The notes under the pieces are model-generated. The model was not told the DNA's origin. It did no database searches and saw nothing but the letters and a program-made list of their open reading frames with translations. A stretch of DNA of 64,000 nucleotides from an uncultured bacterium (lineage in GTDB: Bacteria; Eisenbacteria; RBG-16-71-46; CAIMUX01): positions 3,993-67,992 of the forward strand of contig CAYJLF010000004.1 in NCBI GenBank assembly GCA_964371055.1. Direction: 5' to 3'. The position numbers and the translations under genes were made by a program. Positions 28,712-38,111 of this stretch are shown here, one piece after another (position 1 is the stretch's first letter; each line of letters starts with the position of its first letter).

Positions 28712-31213
28712 ATGCGCTTTCCCGCGACGTCGCGCGTCGCCTCCGGGATCTGGAGTCGAGGGCCGTCCCTGTGGCTCACTCCGGTGCTCGCGGCCCTGCT
28801 CTCGGTCGGACTTCGTCCGGCCGCCGGGCAGATGCTCTCGCCATCCGCGGTGGTCGATCCTCTGGCCGGGCGTCCGGTCAGCCGCATCGAGGTCCTCGGC
28901 AACCGGACCGCCGAGACCCGCCTGATCCTGCGCACCAGTCTGCTCGAGACCGGGCGGCCGGCCGACCGCGAGCGGATCCGCGAGGCGGTCCGCGCGCTCT
29001 ACGGGCTCGGCCTCTTCGAATCGATCCGCGTCACCGACTGGCCCGACTCCGGCGAGGGCCGCGCCCTCGCGATCGAGGTGACGGAGAACCCCCGCCTCGC
29101 CGCGATCCTCTGGGAGGGGAACAAGCGTCTGAAAGACGATGACCTGCGGGCGAAGATCGACCTGCGCGCCGGTCAGGTGATGACGGGGCGCAAGCTGTTC
29201 GAGGCCGTGCAGGCGATCGGGGCGGCCTATCGCGACGAGGGATACCCTTCGGCCCGCGTCGAGTCGCGACTGGAGGATGCGATCCCGGAGCGGCAGCGCG
29301 AGGAGGAGCAGCGCCGCCGGGAAGAGGAGGCCAGAGCGCGGGAAGCGGAGGGAGAGGAGGCGACGGACCGGGAGGAGCGTTTCGCGCGGCTCGATCGGCC
29401 CGTCCTCACGGCCGTCGAGGGGAGGAAGGATCTCACCTTCGTCGTGACCGAAGGGGGGCGCGTGTCGATCCGGGCGGTCGAGTTCGCCGGGGCGACCGCC
29501 TTCAAGCCCGGGGACCTGCAGGGTCCGCTCGCCCTCAAGCCGAACTCGCTCTTCCGGCGGAAGCGGTACACCGCCGAACGTGGACGGGAGGATCGGGAGA
29601 AGCTCGTCGAGTTCTACCAGAACCACGGCTACAAGGATGTCGTGGTGGAAGGTCCCGAGGCGGTCTTTGCCGACGGGGGAGAGTCGGTCACCCTGCGTTA
29701 CACGGTGAACGAGGGGCCGGCCTACCGCTTCGGCACGGTCCGTTGGTCGGGCAATACGGCGGTGCCGACGGAGGCGCTCCAGGCTTCATCCAGCGTGATG
29801 CGCGGCGAACCGTACAGCCGGGCGAGACTCGACGCGACGACGGGCGCTGCGTACGAGCTCTACACGGAGAAGGGACATCTGCTCGAGCTTTCGATCCAGC
29901 CCGAGATCGAGACCGTCGGCGACACGGTATCGGTCGCCTACCGCATCCAGGAGGGAAGTCCGTCGCGGGTCAGAGAGATCACGATCGCGGGCAATACCCG
30001 GACGAAGGAGCGGGTCATCCGGCGTGAGCTGAGCCTCTGGCCCGGGCAACTGCTGCGCCGGTCGGTCCTGCTGCGCAGTCATCGGGACGTCTTCGCTCTG
30101 GGGTTCTTCGAGGATGTGCAAATCGACTACGAGCCGGTCGGCATCGGCTCCGACGTGAATGTCTCCTTCCTGGTCAAGGAGAAGGGGACGGGCACGGCGA
30201 CCGCGGGGGCCGGGTATGCCGGCGACACCGGGTTGACCGGGTTCGTCCAGTTCGGGCATAACAACCTCTTCGGGAACGGCCAGGCCCTGCAGCTCCATCT
30301 CGAGCGGGGCAGCCGGCGGCGCACCTACGACATCTCCTTCACCGAGCCGTGGGTCTTCAACACCCCCACCTCCCTCGGTTTTCAGCTCTACAACACGGTG
30401 CGGGAGTACGATCTCTACAGCGCCCGCGAACGGGGCGGCGGGATCAACCTGGGACGGCAGCTTCCGCCGAAGCTGTGGGGAGTCCGGCTCCCCGACTACT
30501 CCCGCGCGTCCCTCGGATACACGCTCGAGGAAGTGCGCTACAGCGATCTGGAGGATCTCGATCCGGAGAGCCGCGAGATCCTGCGGGACGGCAACGGCAC
30601 CGTCTCGCGCGTCAACATGGCTTTCAGCCGCAACAGCACCGACAATCCCTTCAACCCCACCGCGGGGAGCCGCAGCCTGGTCCGGCTCGAGCTGGCCGGG
30701 GCGGTCCTCGGCGGCGGGATCCACTACTACAAGCCGGAGATCGACCACCGGGTCTACTTCGTGCCGTTCTGGAAGCCGGCCGTGATGCTGCGGAACCGCG
30801 TCGCGCTGGTCGGCAAGTATCCCGGCGAGAAAATCCCAGGTTCTGAGACGTTCCGCCTCGGCGGCACCCGCACCGACTACCTGCGCGGGTATCCCGACTA
30901 CGAGATCATGCCGGAGGAGAACGTCCGCGTCATCGACGGCCGTGAGGTGCGCTTTCCCGGCGGACGGTTCGCCTACACTTTCACCGCGGAGTACCAGTTC
31001 CCGATCGTCAATCCGGTGCGGGGCCTGGTCTTTTTCGACGCCGGCAATACCTGGAACGAGGCGGGCGACTTCACGGTGGGCAACCTGAAGAAGGGGGTCG
31101 GAGCGGGGATTCGCCTGGAGATCCCGATGCTCGGTGTCGTCGGCTTCGACTACGGCTACGGCGTCGATCGCGGCAAGTGGCAATCACACTTCATCATCGG
31201 GCCCGCTTTCTAA
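28712..31213 (+). CDS. bamA: outer membrane protein assembly factor BamA (Omp85)
   Basis: Signal peptide, multiple POTRA domains, and a C-terminal 16-strand barrel ending in aromatic 'IGPAF'. Conserved bamA-skp-lpxD context. Confidence 0.85.
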   Translation: MRFPATSRVASGIWSRGPSLWLTPVLAALLSVGLRPAAGQMLSPSAVVDPLAGRPVSRIEVLGNRTAETRLILRTSLLETGRPADRERIREAVRALYGLGLFESIRVTDWPDSGEGRALAIEVTENPRLAAILWEGNKRLKDDDLRAKIDLRAGQVMTGRKLFEAVQAIGAAYRDEGYPSARVESRLEDAIPERQREEEQRRREEEARAREAEGEEATDREERFARLDRPVLTAVEGRKDLTFVVTEGGRVSIRAVEFAGATAFKPGDLQGPLALKPNSLFRRKRYTAERGREDREKLVEFYQNHGYKDVVVEGPEAVFADGGESVTLRYTVNEGPAYRFGTVRWSGNTAVPTEALQASSSVMRGEPYSRARLDATTGAAYELYTEKGHLLELSIQPEIETVGDTVSVAYRIQEGSPSRVREITIAGNTRTKERVIRRELSLWPGQLLRRSVLLRSHRDVFALGFFEDVQIDYEPVGIGSDVNVSFLVKEKGTGTATAGAGYAGDTGLTGFVQFGHNNLFGNGQALQLHLERGSRRRTYDISFTEPWVFNTPTSLGFQLYNTVREYDLYSARERGGGINLGRQLPPKLWGVRLPDYSRASLGYTLEEVRYSDLEDLDPESREILRDGNGTVSRVNMAFSRNSTDNPFNPTAGSRSLVRLELAGAVLGGGIHYYKPEIDHRVYFVPFWKPAVMLRNRVALVGKYPGEKIPGSETFRLGGTRTDYLRGYPDYEIMPEENVRVIDGREVRFPGGRFAYTFTAEYQFPIVNPVRGLVFFDAGNTWNEAGDFTVGNLKKGVGAGIRLEIPMLGVVGFDYGYGVDRGKWQSHFIIGPAF

Positions 31214-31223
31214 GGAGAGAGAG

Positions 31224-31787
31224 ATGGAACGACCGCGGCGCGAGACACGAAGGGTCGGAGTCGTGGCGGTGGCGATCGGCCTCGCGTTCATCGCGGCCGG
31301 GATCGCGCGGGCCGACGTCCGGATCGCCTTCGTCAACTCCGAGACGATCCTCGAGCAGTCGAAGGAGGCGCAGAACGCGCTGGCCGGCTTCACGCGCGAT
31401 GTCGAAGGGTGGAACAAGGAGGCGCAGGACCGGCGCAAGGGGCTGGATGATCTGACGCGCGAACTGACCCAGCAGGCGCCGATGCTCAGCGACGAGAGGC
31501 GGCGCGAGCTGGAGCAGGACCTGCAGCGCAAGCTGACCGAGTACGACCAGTACATCCAGAGCATCTGGGGTCCCAACGGGCTGGTCGTCAAGCGGAACGA
31601 AGAGGTGCTCCGCCCGATCGTGACCAAGATCCAGCTCGAGTTGCAGACGATCGGCGCGGAGGAGGGGTACGACATCGTCTTCGATGCGGCCGACGCCAAT
31701 GTGCTGTATGCTGATCCGGCCCTCGATCTGACGGCCCGGATCATCGAGAAGTTGAACGCCGATCTGGAAACCGGCCAGGGGAACTGA
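31224..31787 (+). CDS. skp: periplasmic chaperone Skp/OmpH
   Basis: Signal peptide plus a coiled-coil-rich ~165-aa body. Conserved position between bamA and lpxD. AAGGAGAGAGAG RBS. Confidence 0.75.
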   Translation: MERPRRETRRVGVVAVAIGLAFIAAGIARADVRIAFVNSETILEQSKEAQNALAGFTRDVEGWNKEAQDRRKGLDDLTRELTQQAPMLSDERRRELEQDLQRKLTEYDQYIQSIWGPNGLVVKRNEEVLRPIVTKIQLELQTIGAEEGYDIVFDAADANVLYADPALDLTARIIEKLNADLETGQGN

Positions 31788-31902
31788 CGAGGGCGGAGGG
31801 GACCGTCGGCGGCGCTCGCGCGCGGCCGGGAGGGAGGCGCGCCGCGAGGTTCGGAGACGGCGGATCAGGTCAGAGATCGGGAGGTCACGAGAGGGTGGGT
31901 GG

Positions 31903-32979
31903 ATGGAGCTGAGCCTGGCGGAACTGGCCGCGCGGCTGCGCGCGCGCCTGGCGGGAGACGGTTCCGTCCGTATCCGGGGAGTGGCCGGGCTGCGCGAGGC
32001 CGGACCGGGGCAGCTCTCGTTTCTCGCCAACCCCAGGTATGCGGAACTCGTCGCCCAGACCCGCGCCTCCGCCGTGATCCTGCCGGAGTCGTTCCCCGCG
32101 ACGGGGATCCCCGCCCTCTACACCCCGGAACCCTATCTCGCCTTCGTGGAAGCGTTGGAGATCTTCGACCAGAGCGTGCCGGAGACCGTCCCGCCCGGGA
32201 TCGACGCCACGGCGGCGATCGATCCGAGCGCCCTGGTCGATCCCACCGCCTCGATCGGCCCCTTCGTGGTCGTCGGACCGGCGGCGCGCATCGGCGCCGG
32301 GTCGCGGATCATGGCGGGCTGCTACGTGGGGCCCGAGGTCAGAGTCGGGAGCGCGTGCTTCCTGCACCCTCACGTGGTGTTGCGACGTCAGACGGAACTC
32401 GGTGATCGCGTCATCATCCATGCCGGTGCGGTCCTCGGAGACGACGGCTTCGGCTTCGCGCCGGATGGTGAGGCCTACCGGAAGATCCCTCAGCTCGGCC
32501 GCGTGGTGGTGGAGGATGAGGTCGAGATCGGGGCGAACACCACCATCGACCGGGGGACGACCGGCGTCACACGGATCGGTCGGGGCTCCAAGATCGACAA
32601 CCTGGTCATGATCGCCCACAACGTGGAGATCGGCCCGGACACCATCATCTGCGCGCAAGCCGGGCTCTCGGGTTCGGCGCGCGTGGGGCGCCACGTCACC
32701 CTCGGCGGCCAGGCCGGGGTCACGGGGCATATCGCCATCGGCGATCACGCCCGCGTCGGGGCCCAGAGCGGCGTCACCCGGGCGATTCCGGCCGGCGAAA
32801 CCTGGTCCGGCTATCCGGCCCAACCGCATCGCCAGGCCTCGCGCGCTTACGCCGCCCTGCGGGATCTGGCCGCGGCGCTCCGGGAACTGCGCCGGCTCGA
32901 GGAACGCGTCCGGGCGCTGGAGAATCGACCCGGCGGGGATTCGGAAGACGAACGGAACGGGGAGTCGAGTACGCCATGA
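31903..32979 (+). CDS. lpxD: UDP-3-O-(3-hydroxyacyl)glucosamine N-acyltransferase
   Basis: N-terminal LpxD domain plus left-handed beta-helix hexapeptide repeats ('IGANTTIDRG', 'IGPDTIICAQAG'). Confidence 0.85.
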   Translation: MELSLAELAARLRARLAGDGSVRIRGVAGLREAGPGQLSFLANPRYAELVAQTRASAVILPESFPATGIPALYTPEPYLAFVEALEIFDQSVPETVPPGIDATAAIDPSALVDPTASIGPFVVVGPAARIGAGSRIMAGCYVGPEVRVGSACFLHPHVVLRRQTELGDRVIIHAGAVLGDDGFGFAPDGEAYRKIPQLGRVVVEDEVEIGANTTIDRGTTGVTRIGRGSKIDNLVMIAHNVEIGPDTIICAQAGLSGSARVGRHVTLGGQAGVTGHIAIGDHARVGAQSGVTRAIPAGETWSGYPAQPHRQASRAYAALRDLAAALRELRRLEERVRALENRPGGDSEDERNGESSTP

Positions 32980-34292
32980 GCCATCCGAACCAGAAGACGC
33001 TGCGCGCGGCGGTCGCGTTCCGCGGGATCGGCCTCCACACCGGGGGAGAGACCACGGTCACGTTCCGGCCCGCTCCGCCGGGGAGCGGATTGCGTTTCAT
33101 CCGCACCGATCTGCCGGGTGCGCCGGAGATTCCGGTCGGGCCGGAGAGTGTCCGCCGCGATGCCCAGGGACTGCGCCGCACGATCCTGGCCTCGGGCGGA
33201 GTGGAGGTCCACACCGTCGAGCACCTCCTCGCCGCGGTGCGAGGGCTCGACCTCGACAACCTCCGGCTGGAACTCGACGGCCTCGAAGCGCCGGAACCGG
33301 TCGACGGAAGTGCCCGCGCCATCGTGGCGCTCCTGAACGGGGCCGGCATCGAGGACCAGGGGGTGCCGCGCGCGGTGCTCGAGGTGACCGAACCGATTGC
33401 GGTGATCGATGGCGCGGTTCAGCTCATCGCCCTGCCACATGATGGTTTCAAGGTCAGCTTCACCATCCAGTACGACAACCCGCTCATCGGGACGCAGCAT
33501 CGCAGCCTCGAGATCACTCCCGAGTCGTTTGCCGCCGAGATCGCTCCCGCCCGGACCTTCGCGCTCTACGAGGACCTGGAGGCGCTGCGGGAGGCGGGGA
33601 TGATCCGTGGCGGCACGCTGCAGAACGCGGTCGTGGTTCGGGGGGACCAGATCTTGAACGAAGACGGCCTCCGCTTCCCCGACGAGTTCGTGCGGCACAA
33701 GATCCTCGATTTGATCGGTGACCTCGCCTTGCTCGGCCGGCCGCTGCGAGGGCACGTCATTGCGTTGCGCTCGGGACATGAGAGTCACGTGGGCCTGGTG
33801 CGACGCCTGGCCGGCCTTGATCGCGAGCGCGACGACCACAGCCACCTGCTCGATCTCTGTCACTTCGACATCCACGCGATCGAGCGGATCATGCCGCACC
33901 GCTATCCGATGTTGCTGGTCGATCGGATCCTGCTCCTGGAAGAGAGGCGCCGCGTCGTCGGGCTCAAGAACGTCACGATCAACGAGCCGTTTTTCGTCGG
34001 GCACTTTCCGGGACATCCGATCATGCCCGCCGTCCTGATCATCGAGGCGATGGCGCAGACGGGCGGCATCCTCCTGCTCAACACGGTCGAGAACCCGGAG
34101 ACGAAGCTGGTCTACTTCATGTCGATCGACAAGGCGAAGTTCCGCCGCCCGGTTCGGCCCGGCGACCAGCTGATCTTCGACTTGGAGCTCGTCCGGCTGA
34201 AGGGGCGGATCTGCCAGATGGTCGGCCGAGGCTACGTGCGCGGTCAGCTGGTCGCGGAAGCGGAATTGCTCTCCGCCATCGTGGATAAGTGA
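32976..34292 (+). CDS. lpxC-fabZ: bifunctional UDP-3-O-acyl-GlcNAc deacetylase / 3-hydroxyacyl-ACP dehydratase (LpxC-FabZ fusion)
   Basis: The N-terminal half is LpxC ('FRGIGLHTG', 'HTVEHLLAA', zinc-ligand His). The C-terminal half is FabZ hotdog ('FFVGHFPGHPIMPAVLIIEAMAQ'). Confidence 0.9.
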   Translation: MSHPNQKTLRAAVAFRGIGLHTGGETTVTFRPAPPGSGLRFIRTDLPGAPEIPVGPESVRRDAQGLRRTILASGGVEVHTVEHLLAAVRGLDLDNLRLELDGLEAPEPVDGSARAIVALLNGAGIEDQGVPRAVLEVTEPIAVIDGAVQLIALPHDGFKVSFTIQYDNPLIGTQHRSLEITPESFAAEIAPARTFALYEDLEALREAGMIRGGTLQNAVVVRGDQILNEDGLRFPDEFVRHKILDLIGDLALLGRPLRGHVIALRSGHESHVGLVRRLAGLDRERDDHSHLLDLCHFDIHAIERIMPHRYPMLLVDRILLLEERRRVVGLKNVTINEPFFVGHFPGHPIMPAVLIIEAMAQTGGILLLNTVENPETKLVYFMSIDKAKFRRPVRPGDQLIFDLELVRLKGRICQMVGRGYVRGQLVAEAELLSAIVDK

Positions 34293-34306
34293 GGGGGAGG
34301 GGTTCG

Positions 34307-35089
34307 ATGGTCAGCGTGGATCCGACCGCCAGGGTGGAAAAGGGCGCGGAGCTCGGCGACGGTACGATCGTCGGGCCGTGGTGTCGCATCGGTCCGGAAG
34401 TGCGCGTCGGCGAAGGTTGCCGGCTGGACGCGATGGTGCTCCTCGACGGACGGACCGAGGTCGGGCCGCGCTGCCGGTTCCACCAGGGTGCCGTCGTCGG
34501 ATCACCGCCGCAGGACCTGAAGTATGCGGGTGCGCCGACCGTCTGCCGGGTCGGCGCGGGGACCGTGGTCCGTGAGTATGCCACGATCAATCGATCGACC
34601 AGCGTGGACGAGCCGACCGTGGTGGGGGACGACTGCCTGATCATGTCCTACGCCCATGTCGCGCACAACTGCCGGCTGGGGCACCACGTGATCCTGGCCA
34701 ACTCCGCCAACCTGGCCGGGCACGTCCGGGTCGACGACTGGGCGATCGTCGGCGGCGTCACCCCCGTGCACCAGTTCGTCAAGATCGGCGCGCATGTGAT
34801 GATCGGCGGGGGGTCGCGCGTGCCCCTGGACATCGCACCGTACCTCAAGGCGGCCGGCAGTCCGCTCCGGGTAATCGGGATCAACAAGATCGGACTTCAA
34901 CGACGCGGCTTCGCGCCGGAGGCCATCGCCGAGATCGGACGGATGTACCGCCTCTTCTTCCGGTCGAATCTCCTCAAGGAGGAGGCGATGAGCCGCATTC
35001 GCGCTGAACTCAGCCCGCTGCCCGAGATCGAGTACTTTCTCCGCTTCGTGCAGGAGGCGGAACGGGGGCTGGCCCGGCCGGCGCACTGA
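34307..35089 (+). CDS. lpxA: acyl-ACP--UDP-GlcNAc O-acyltransferase
   Basis: Hexapeptide-repeat beta-helix with LpxA-type C-terminal helical domain. It follows fabZ as in the canonical cluster. Confidence 0.85.
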   Translation: MVSVDPTARVEKGAELGDGTIVGPWCRIGPEVRVGEGCRLDAMVLLDGRTEVGPRCRFHQGAVVGSPPQDLKYAGAPTVCRVGAGTVVREYATINRSTSVDEPTVVGDDCLIMSYAHVAHNCRLGHHVILANSANLAGHVRVDDWAIVGGVTPVHQFVKIGAHVMIGGGSRVPLDIAPYLKAAGSPLRVIGINKIGLQRRGFAPEAIAEIGRMYRLFFRSNLLKEEAMSRIRAELSPLPEIEYFLRFVQEAERGLARPAH

Positions 35090-35116
35090 CGGCGCGCCCG
35101 GTGCAAGGAGATCGCC

Positions 35117-36238
35117 ATGTCTGCTGATCTGCCGGTGGCCGTCATCGGTTGTGGCCACCTGGGAACGTTCCATGCCCGCCTCTGGCGTGACCTGCCGGGG
35201 GTCGAGTTGCGCCTGGTCGTCGACACCGACGCCGAGAAGGCGCGCACGCTCGGAGAGGCGCTCGGAGTGGCGTGGAGTACCGAGGCGGGCGATGCCCGAA
35301 GGGAAGCCAAAGCGGTCTCGGTCGCCACGCCGACGTCGACGCACCACGCGGTCGCCGGCGCCTGTCTGGAGGACGGCCTCGCGGTCCTGGTGGAGAAACC
35401 GCTCGCGGCGACCGTGGCGGAGGGGCGCGCGCTCGTCGACCTGGCGGCGCAGCGGCGGCTCGTCCTGGCGGTCGGTCACGTCGAACGCTTCAACCCGGCC
35501 TTTCGCGCCGCGGCCGCCCGGGTGACCGCGCCCCGCTTCATCGAAGCGCATCGCCTGGCCACCTTCGTGCCAAGGGCGCTCGATGTCGACGTCGTCCTCG
35601 ATCTCATGATCCATGATCTCGACCTGTCGCTCGCCCTCGTGCGGTCCAGAATCGAACAGATCGATGCGGTCGGCGTTCCTGTCCTGACGGCGGGAGAGGA
35701 CATCGCCAATGCCCGGCTCCGCTTCGCCAACGGCGCGGTGGCGAACCTGACCGCCAGCCGTGTCTCGCGTGAACGGGTGCGCAAGATCCGGCTCTTCAGC
35801 GAGAGGAGCTATCTTTCCATCGACCTGATGGGGCGGAAGGTCGAGGAGGTGGTGCTGGAGGAGGCGGACGCGGCGAGACCTTCCGCCACGGCCGGTCTGC
35901 TGCGCGCCATCGCGGCCGGCGCCCCCGCCTCGACGGCGCGGGTGGAGGGAGGGCCGGAATCCGATCCGGCTGACGACACGGCGGGAGACGGCTCCCCGGC
36001 CGAGCTGCTGGCCTACTTCGAGGCCCGGCGGTTGCGCCTGCGGCACGACCTCCGCCCGTTCACCGAGGCCAATCCGCTCCGTGACGAGTTGATCGATTTC
36101 CTGGAGGCCGTCCGGGGCGGAGTTCTGGAAGGGGCCAGCGGCGTCGATGGCCTGCGGGCGCTGGAGGCGGCCCACGATGTGCGCGGGAGGGTCCACGAAT
36201 CCCTCCGGCGGATGGGACTGCCGGCCCACTCGTCATGA
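35117..36238 (+). CDS. Gfo/Idh/MocA-family NAD(P)-dependent oxidoreductase embedded in the lipid A cluster (possible GnnA-like UDP-GlcNAc 3-dehydrogenase)
   Basis: 'VAVIGCGHLGTFHA' Rossmann motif and 'EKPLA' Gfo/Idh/MocA motif. It lies between lpxA and lpxB. Confidence 0.7.
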   Translation: MSADLPVAVIGCGHLGTFHARLWRDLPGVELRLVVDTDAEKARTLGEALGVAWSTEAGDARREAKAVSVATPTSTHHAVAGACLEDGLAVLVEKPLAATVAEGRALVDLAAQRRLVLAVGHVERFNPAFRAAAARVTAPRFIEAHRLATFVPRALDVDVVLDLMIHDLDLSLALVRSRIEQIDAVGVPVLTAGEDIANARLRFANGAVANLTASRVSRERVRKIRLFSERSYLSIDLMGRKVEEVVLEEADAARPSATAGLLRAIAAGAPASTARVEGGPESDPADDTAGDGSPAELLAYFEARRLRLRHDLRPFTEANPLRDELIDFLEAVRGGVLEGASGVDGLRALEAAHDVRGRVHESLRRMGLPAHSS

Positions 36239-37380
36239 CCCGAATCTTTGTCGCGGCGGGGGAGGCGTCGGGCGATCTCCAGGCCTCGCTCCTCGTGCGC
36301 GCGTTGCGTGCCCGGCGCGACGGACTGGAGTTCTTCGGCGTCGGCGGCGATCGGATGGCCGCGGCCGGCGTCCGCCTCGTCGTTCGGAGCGAGGAACTCG
36401 CCGTCGTCGGGATCCTCGAAGTGATCGAGCGCCTTCCCAGGATCCTCGAGGCCCTCGGAGAGGTGCGAGCCTCGCTCGGTTCGCTGCGTCCCGCGCTCTT
36501 CCTTCCGGTCGATTTCCCCGATTTCAACTTCCGCCTGCTGCCGGCGGCAGCCCGCGCGGGCGCCCGCACGGTCTACTACATCAGCCCGCAGGTCTGGGCC
36601 TGGCGTCCAGGCAGGGTTGAACACCTGCGCCGCTGGGTCGACCGCATGCTCGTGATCTTCCCGTTCGAGGCTTCCTTCTACGAGCGGGCGGGCGTGCCGG
36701 TCACCTGGGTCGGGCACCCGCTCCGCGACCTGGTGCCGCCGGCGGACGAGCCGGAGCGCGAACGTGCTCGGCTCGGAATCACCGCGGATGGTCCCGTCGT
36801 GGCGCTGCTCCCCGGCAGCCGTCACTCGGAGATCGCGCGCATCGCCCCGCTGTTGGCGGCGGCGTCGCTCGAGGTGGACCGCCAGCGGGCGGGAGAGCGC
36901 CTGCCGCCGGTTCGATACCTGGCCGGATGCGCGCCCGGCCTTCGAGCCGAGGAACTGGGCCTTCCCGGCGCTTCTTCCTCGATGGGCGGACTCGAGGCGA
37001 TGCGTCTTGCCGACGCGGCGATCGTCGCCTCCGGAACAGCGACCCTGGAAGCGGCGCTCCTCGGGCGCCCGATCGTCGTCGTTTACCGGATGCATCCTTG
37101 GACCTATGCGATCGCCCGACGGGCCGTCACGGTGCCGCACATCGCCATGGCGAATCTGTTGGCCGGACGGCGGGTGGTCCCCGAACTGGTGCAGCACGAG
37201 GCGACGCCGGGGGCCGTCGCGGGCGAACTGCGGCGCCTCCTCGAAGATCCGGTGGAACGAGCCCGGGCCGAGCAAGGACTGGCCGCGGCGCGCGAGGCCC
37301 TCGGGCCTCCCGGCGCCGCCGATCGGGCGGCCGAGGTCGTCCTTGCCGAGTTGGATCGTGCCCCCGGGAGCCGGTGGTGA
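36235..37380 (+). CDS. lpxB: lipid-A-disaccharide synthase
   Basis: 'IFVAAGEASGD' N-terminus typical of LpxB (GT19). ATGA overlap with the upstream gene. Confidence 0.85.
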   Translation: MTRIFVAAGEASGDLQASLLVRALRARRDGLEFFGVGGDRMAAAGVRLVVRSEELAVVGILEVIERLPRILEALGEVRASLGSLRPALFLPVDFPDFNFRLLPAAARAGARTVYYISPQVWAWRPGRVEHLRRWVDRMLVIFPFEASFYERAGVPVTWVGHPLRDLVPPADEPERERARLGITADGPVVALLPGSRHSEIARIAPLLAAASLEVDRQRAGERLPPVRYLAGCAPGLRAEELGLPGASSSMGGLEAMRLADAAIVASGTATLEAALLGRPIVVVYRMHPWTYAIARRAVTVPHIAMANLLAGRRVVPELVQHEATPGAVAGELRRLLEDPVERARAEQGLAAAREALGPPGAADRAAEVVLAELDRAPGSRW

Positions 37381-38111
37381 CCGGGCGCCCCGTCCGGCCC
37401 CCCCCGCGGCCGGAAACGGAGCAATCGCGCCGGGCTCGCTATGCCTGGGCCGGCCGGGTGGGCGCCGCCGTTCTCCTGGCGTGGGGAAGGACCTGGCGGG
37501 TCGACCGGGAGGTGCCCGACGCGGTGCGGGAGATCGAGCGTTCGGGCGAGCGATTGATCTACGCGTTCTGGCATGCTCACATCCTCCCTCTGAGTTACTT
37601 CTACCGTGGTCGCGGCATCGTCGTTCTGGTCAGCCGCCACGGCGACGGCGAGTACATCACGCAGGTGATCCATCGCCTGGGATTCGGCACGGTGCGAGGG
37701 AGCACGAGCCGTGGCGGGATGCGGGCCCTGTTGGAGATGGCGCGGTTGGGACGCGACGGATACCCCCTCGGCGTGACCCCTGACGGGCCGCGCGGACCGC
37801 GCCAGCAGCTGCAGCCGGGGGTTCTTCTGATCGCGCAGCGGAGCGGACTGCCGATCGTTCCGCTCGCCGCGGCGATGAGTCGCGGGCGGCGCCTGCGTTC
37901 CTGGGACCGGTTCGAGGTGCCGGCTCCGGCGGCCAGGATCAGGATCGTCGCGGGCGAGCCGCTTCGCATCCCACGGGACCTCGAGCCCTCGAGGCTCGCG
38001 GCAGAGTGGGGGGAGCGCGTGCAGGAGTCGATCGACGCCGTCGAGCGCCGCGCGCAGGAGCCCTTCGAGGCTCCGAAGCCCGCCACGCTGGATCGGCGGC
38101 GGGACGGATGA
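37377..38111 (+). CDS. DUF374/lysophospholipid-acyltransferase-like protein commonly linked to kdtA
   Basis: A ~240-aa protein with 'FWHAHILPL...VLVSRHGDGEYIT' motifs. GTG start overlaps the lpxB stop as GTGA. The exact start is uncertain. Confidence 0.5.
   Translation: MTGRPVRPPPRPETEQSRRARYAWAGRVGAAVLLAWGRTWRVDREVPDAVREIERSGERLIYAFWHAHILPLSYFYRGRGIVVLVSRHGDGEYITQVIHRLGFGTVRGSTSRGGMRALLEMARLGRDGYPLGVTPDGPRGPRQQLQPGVLLIAQRSGLPIVPLAAAMSRGRRLRSWDRFEVPAPAARIRIVAGEPLRIPRDLEPSRLAAEWGERVQESIDAVERRAQEPFEAPKPATLDRRRDG

Noticed and set aside
34502-36229. 575-aa minus-strand ORF
   Set aside because: Antisense to lpxA and the Gfo/Idh/MocA gene. Artefact.
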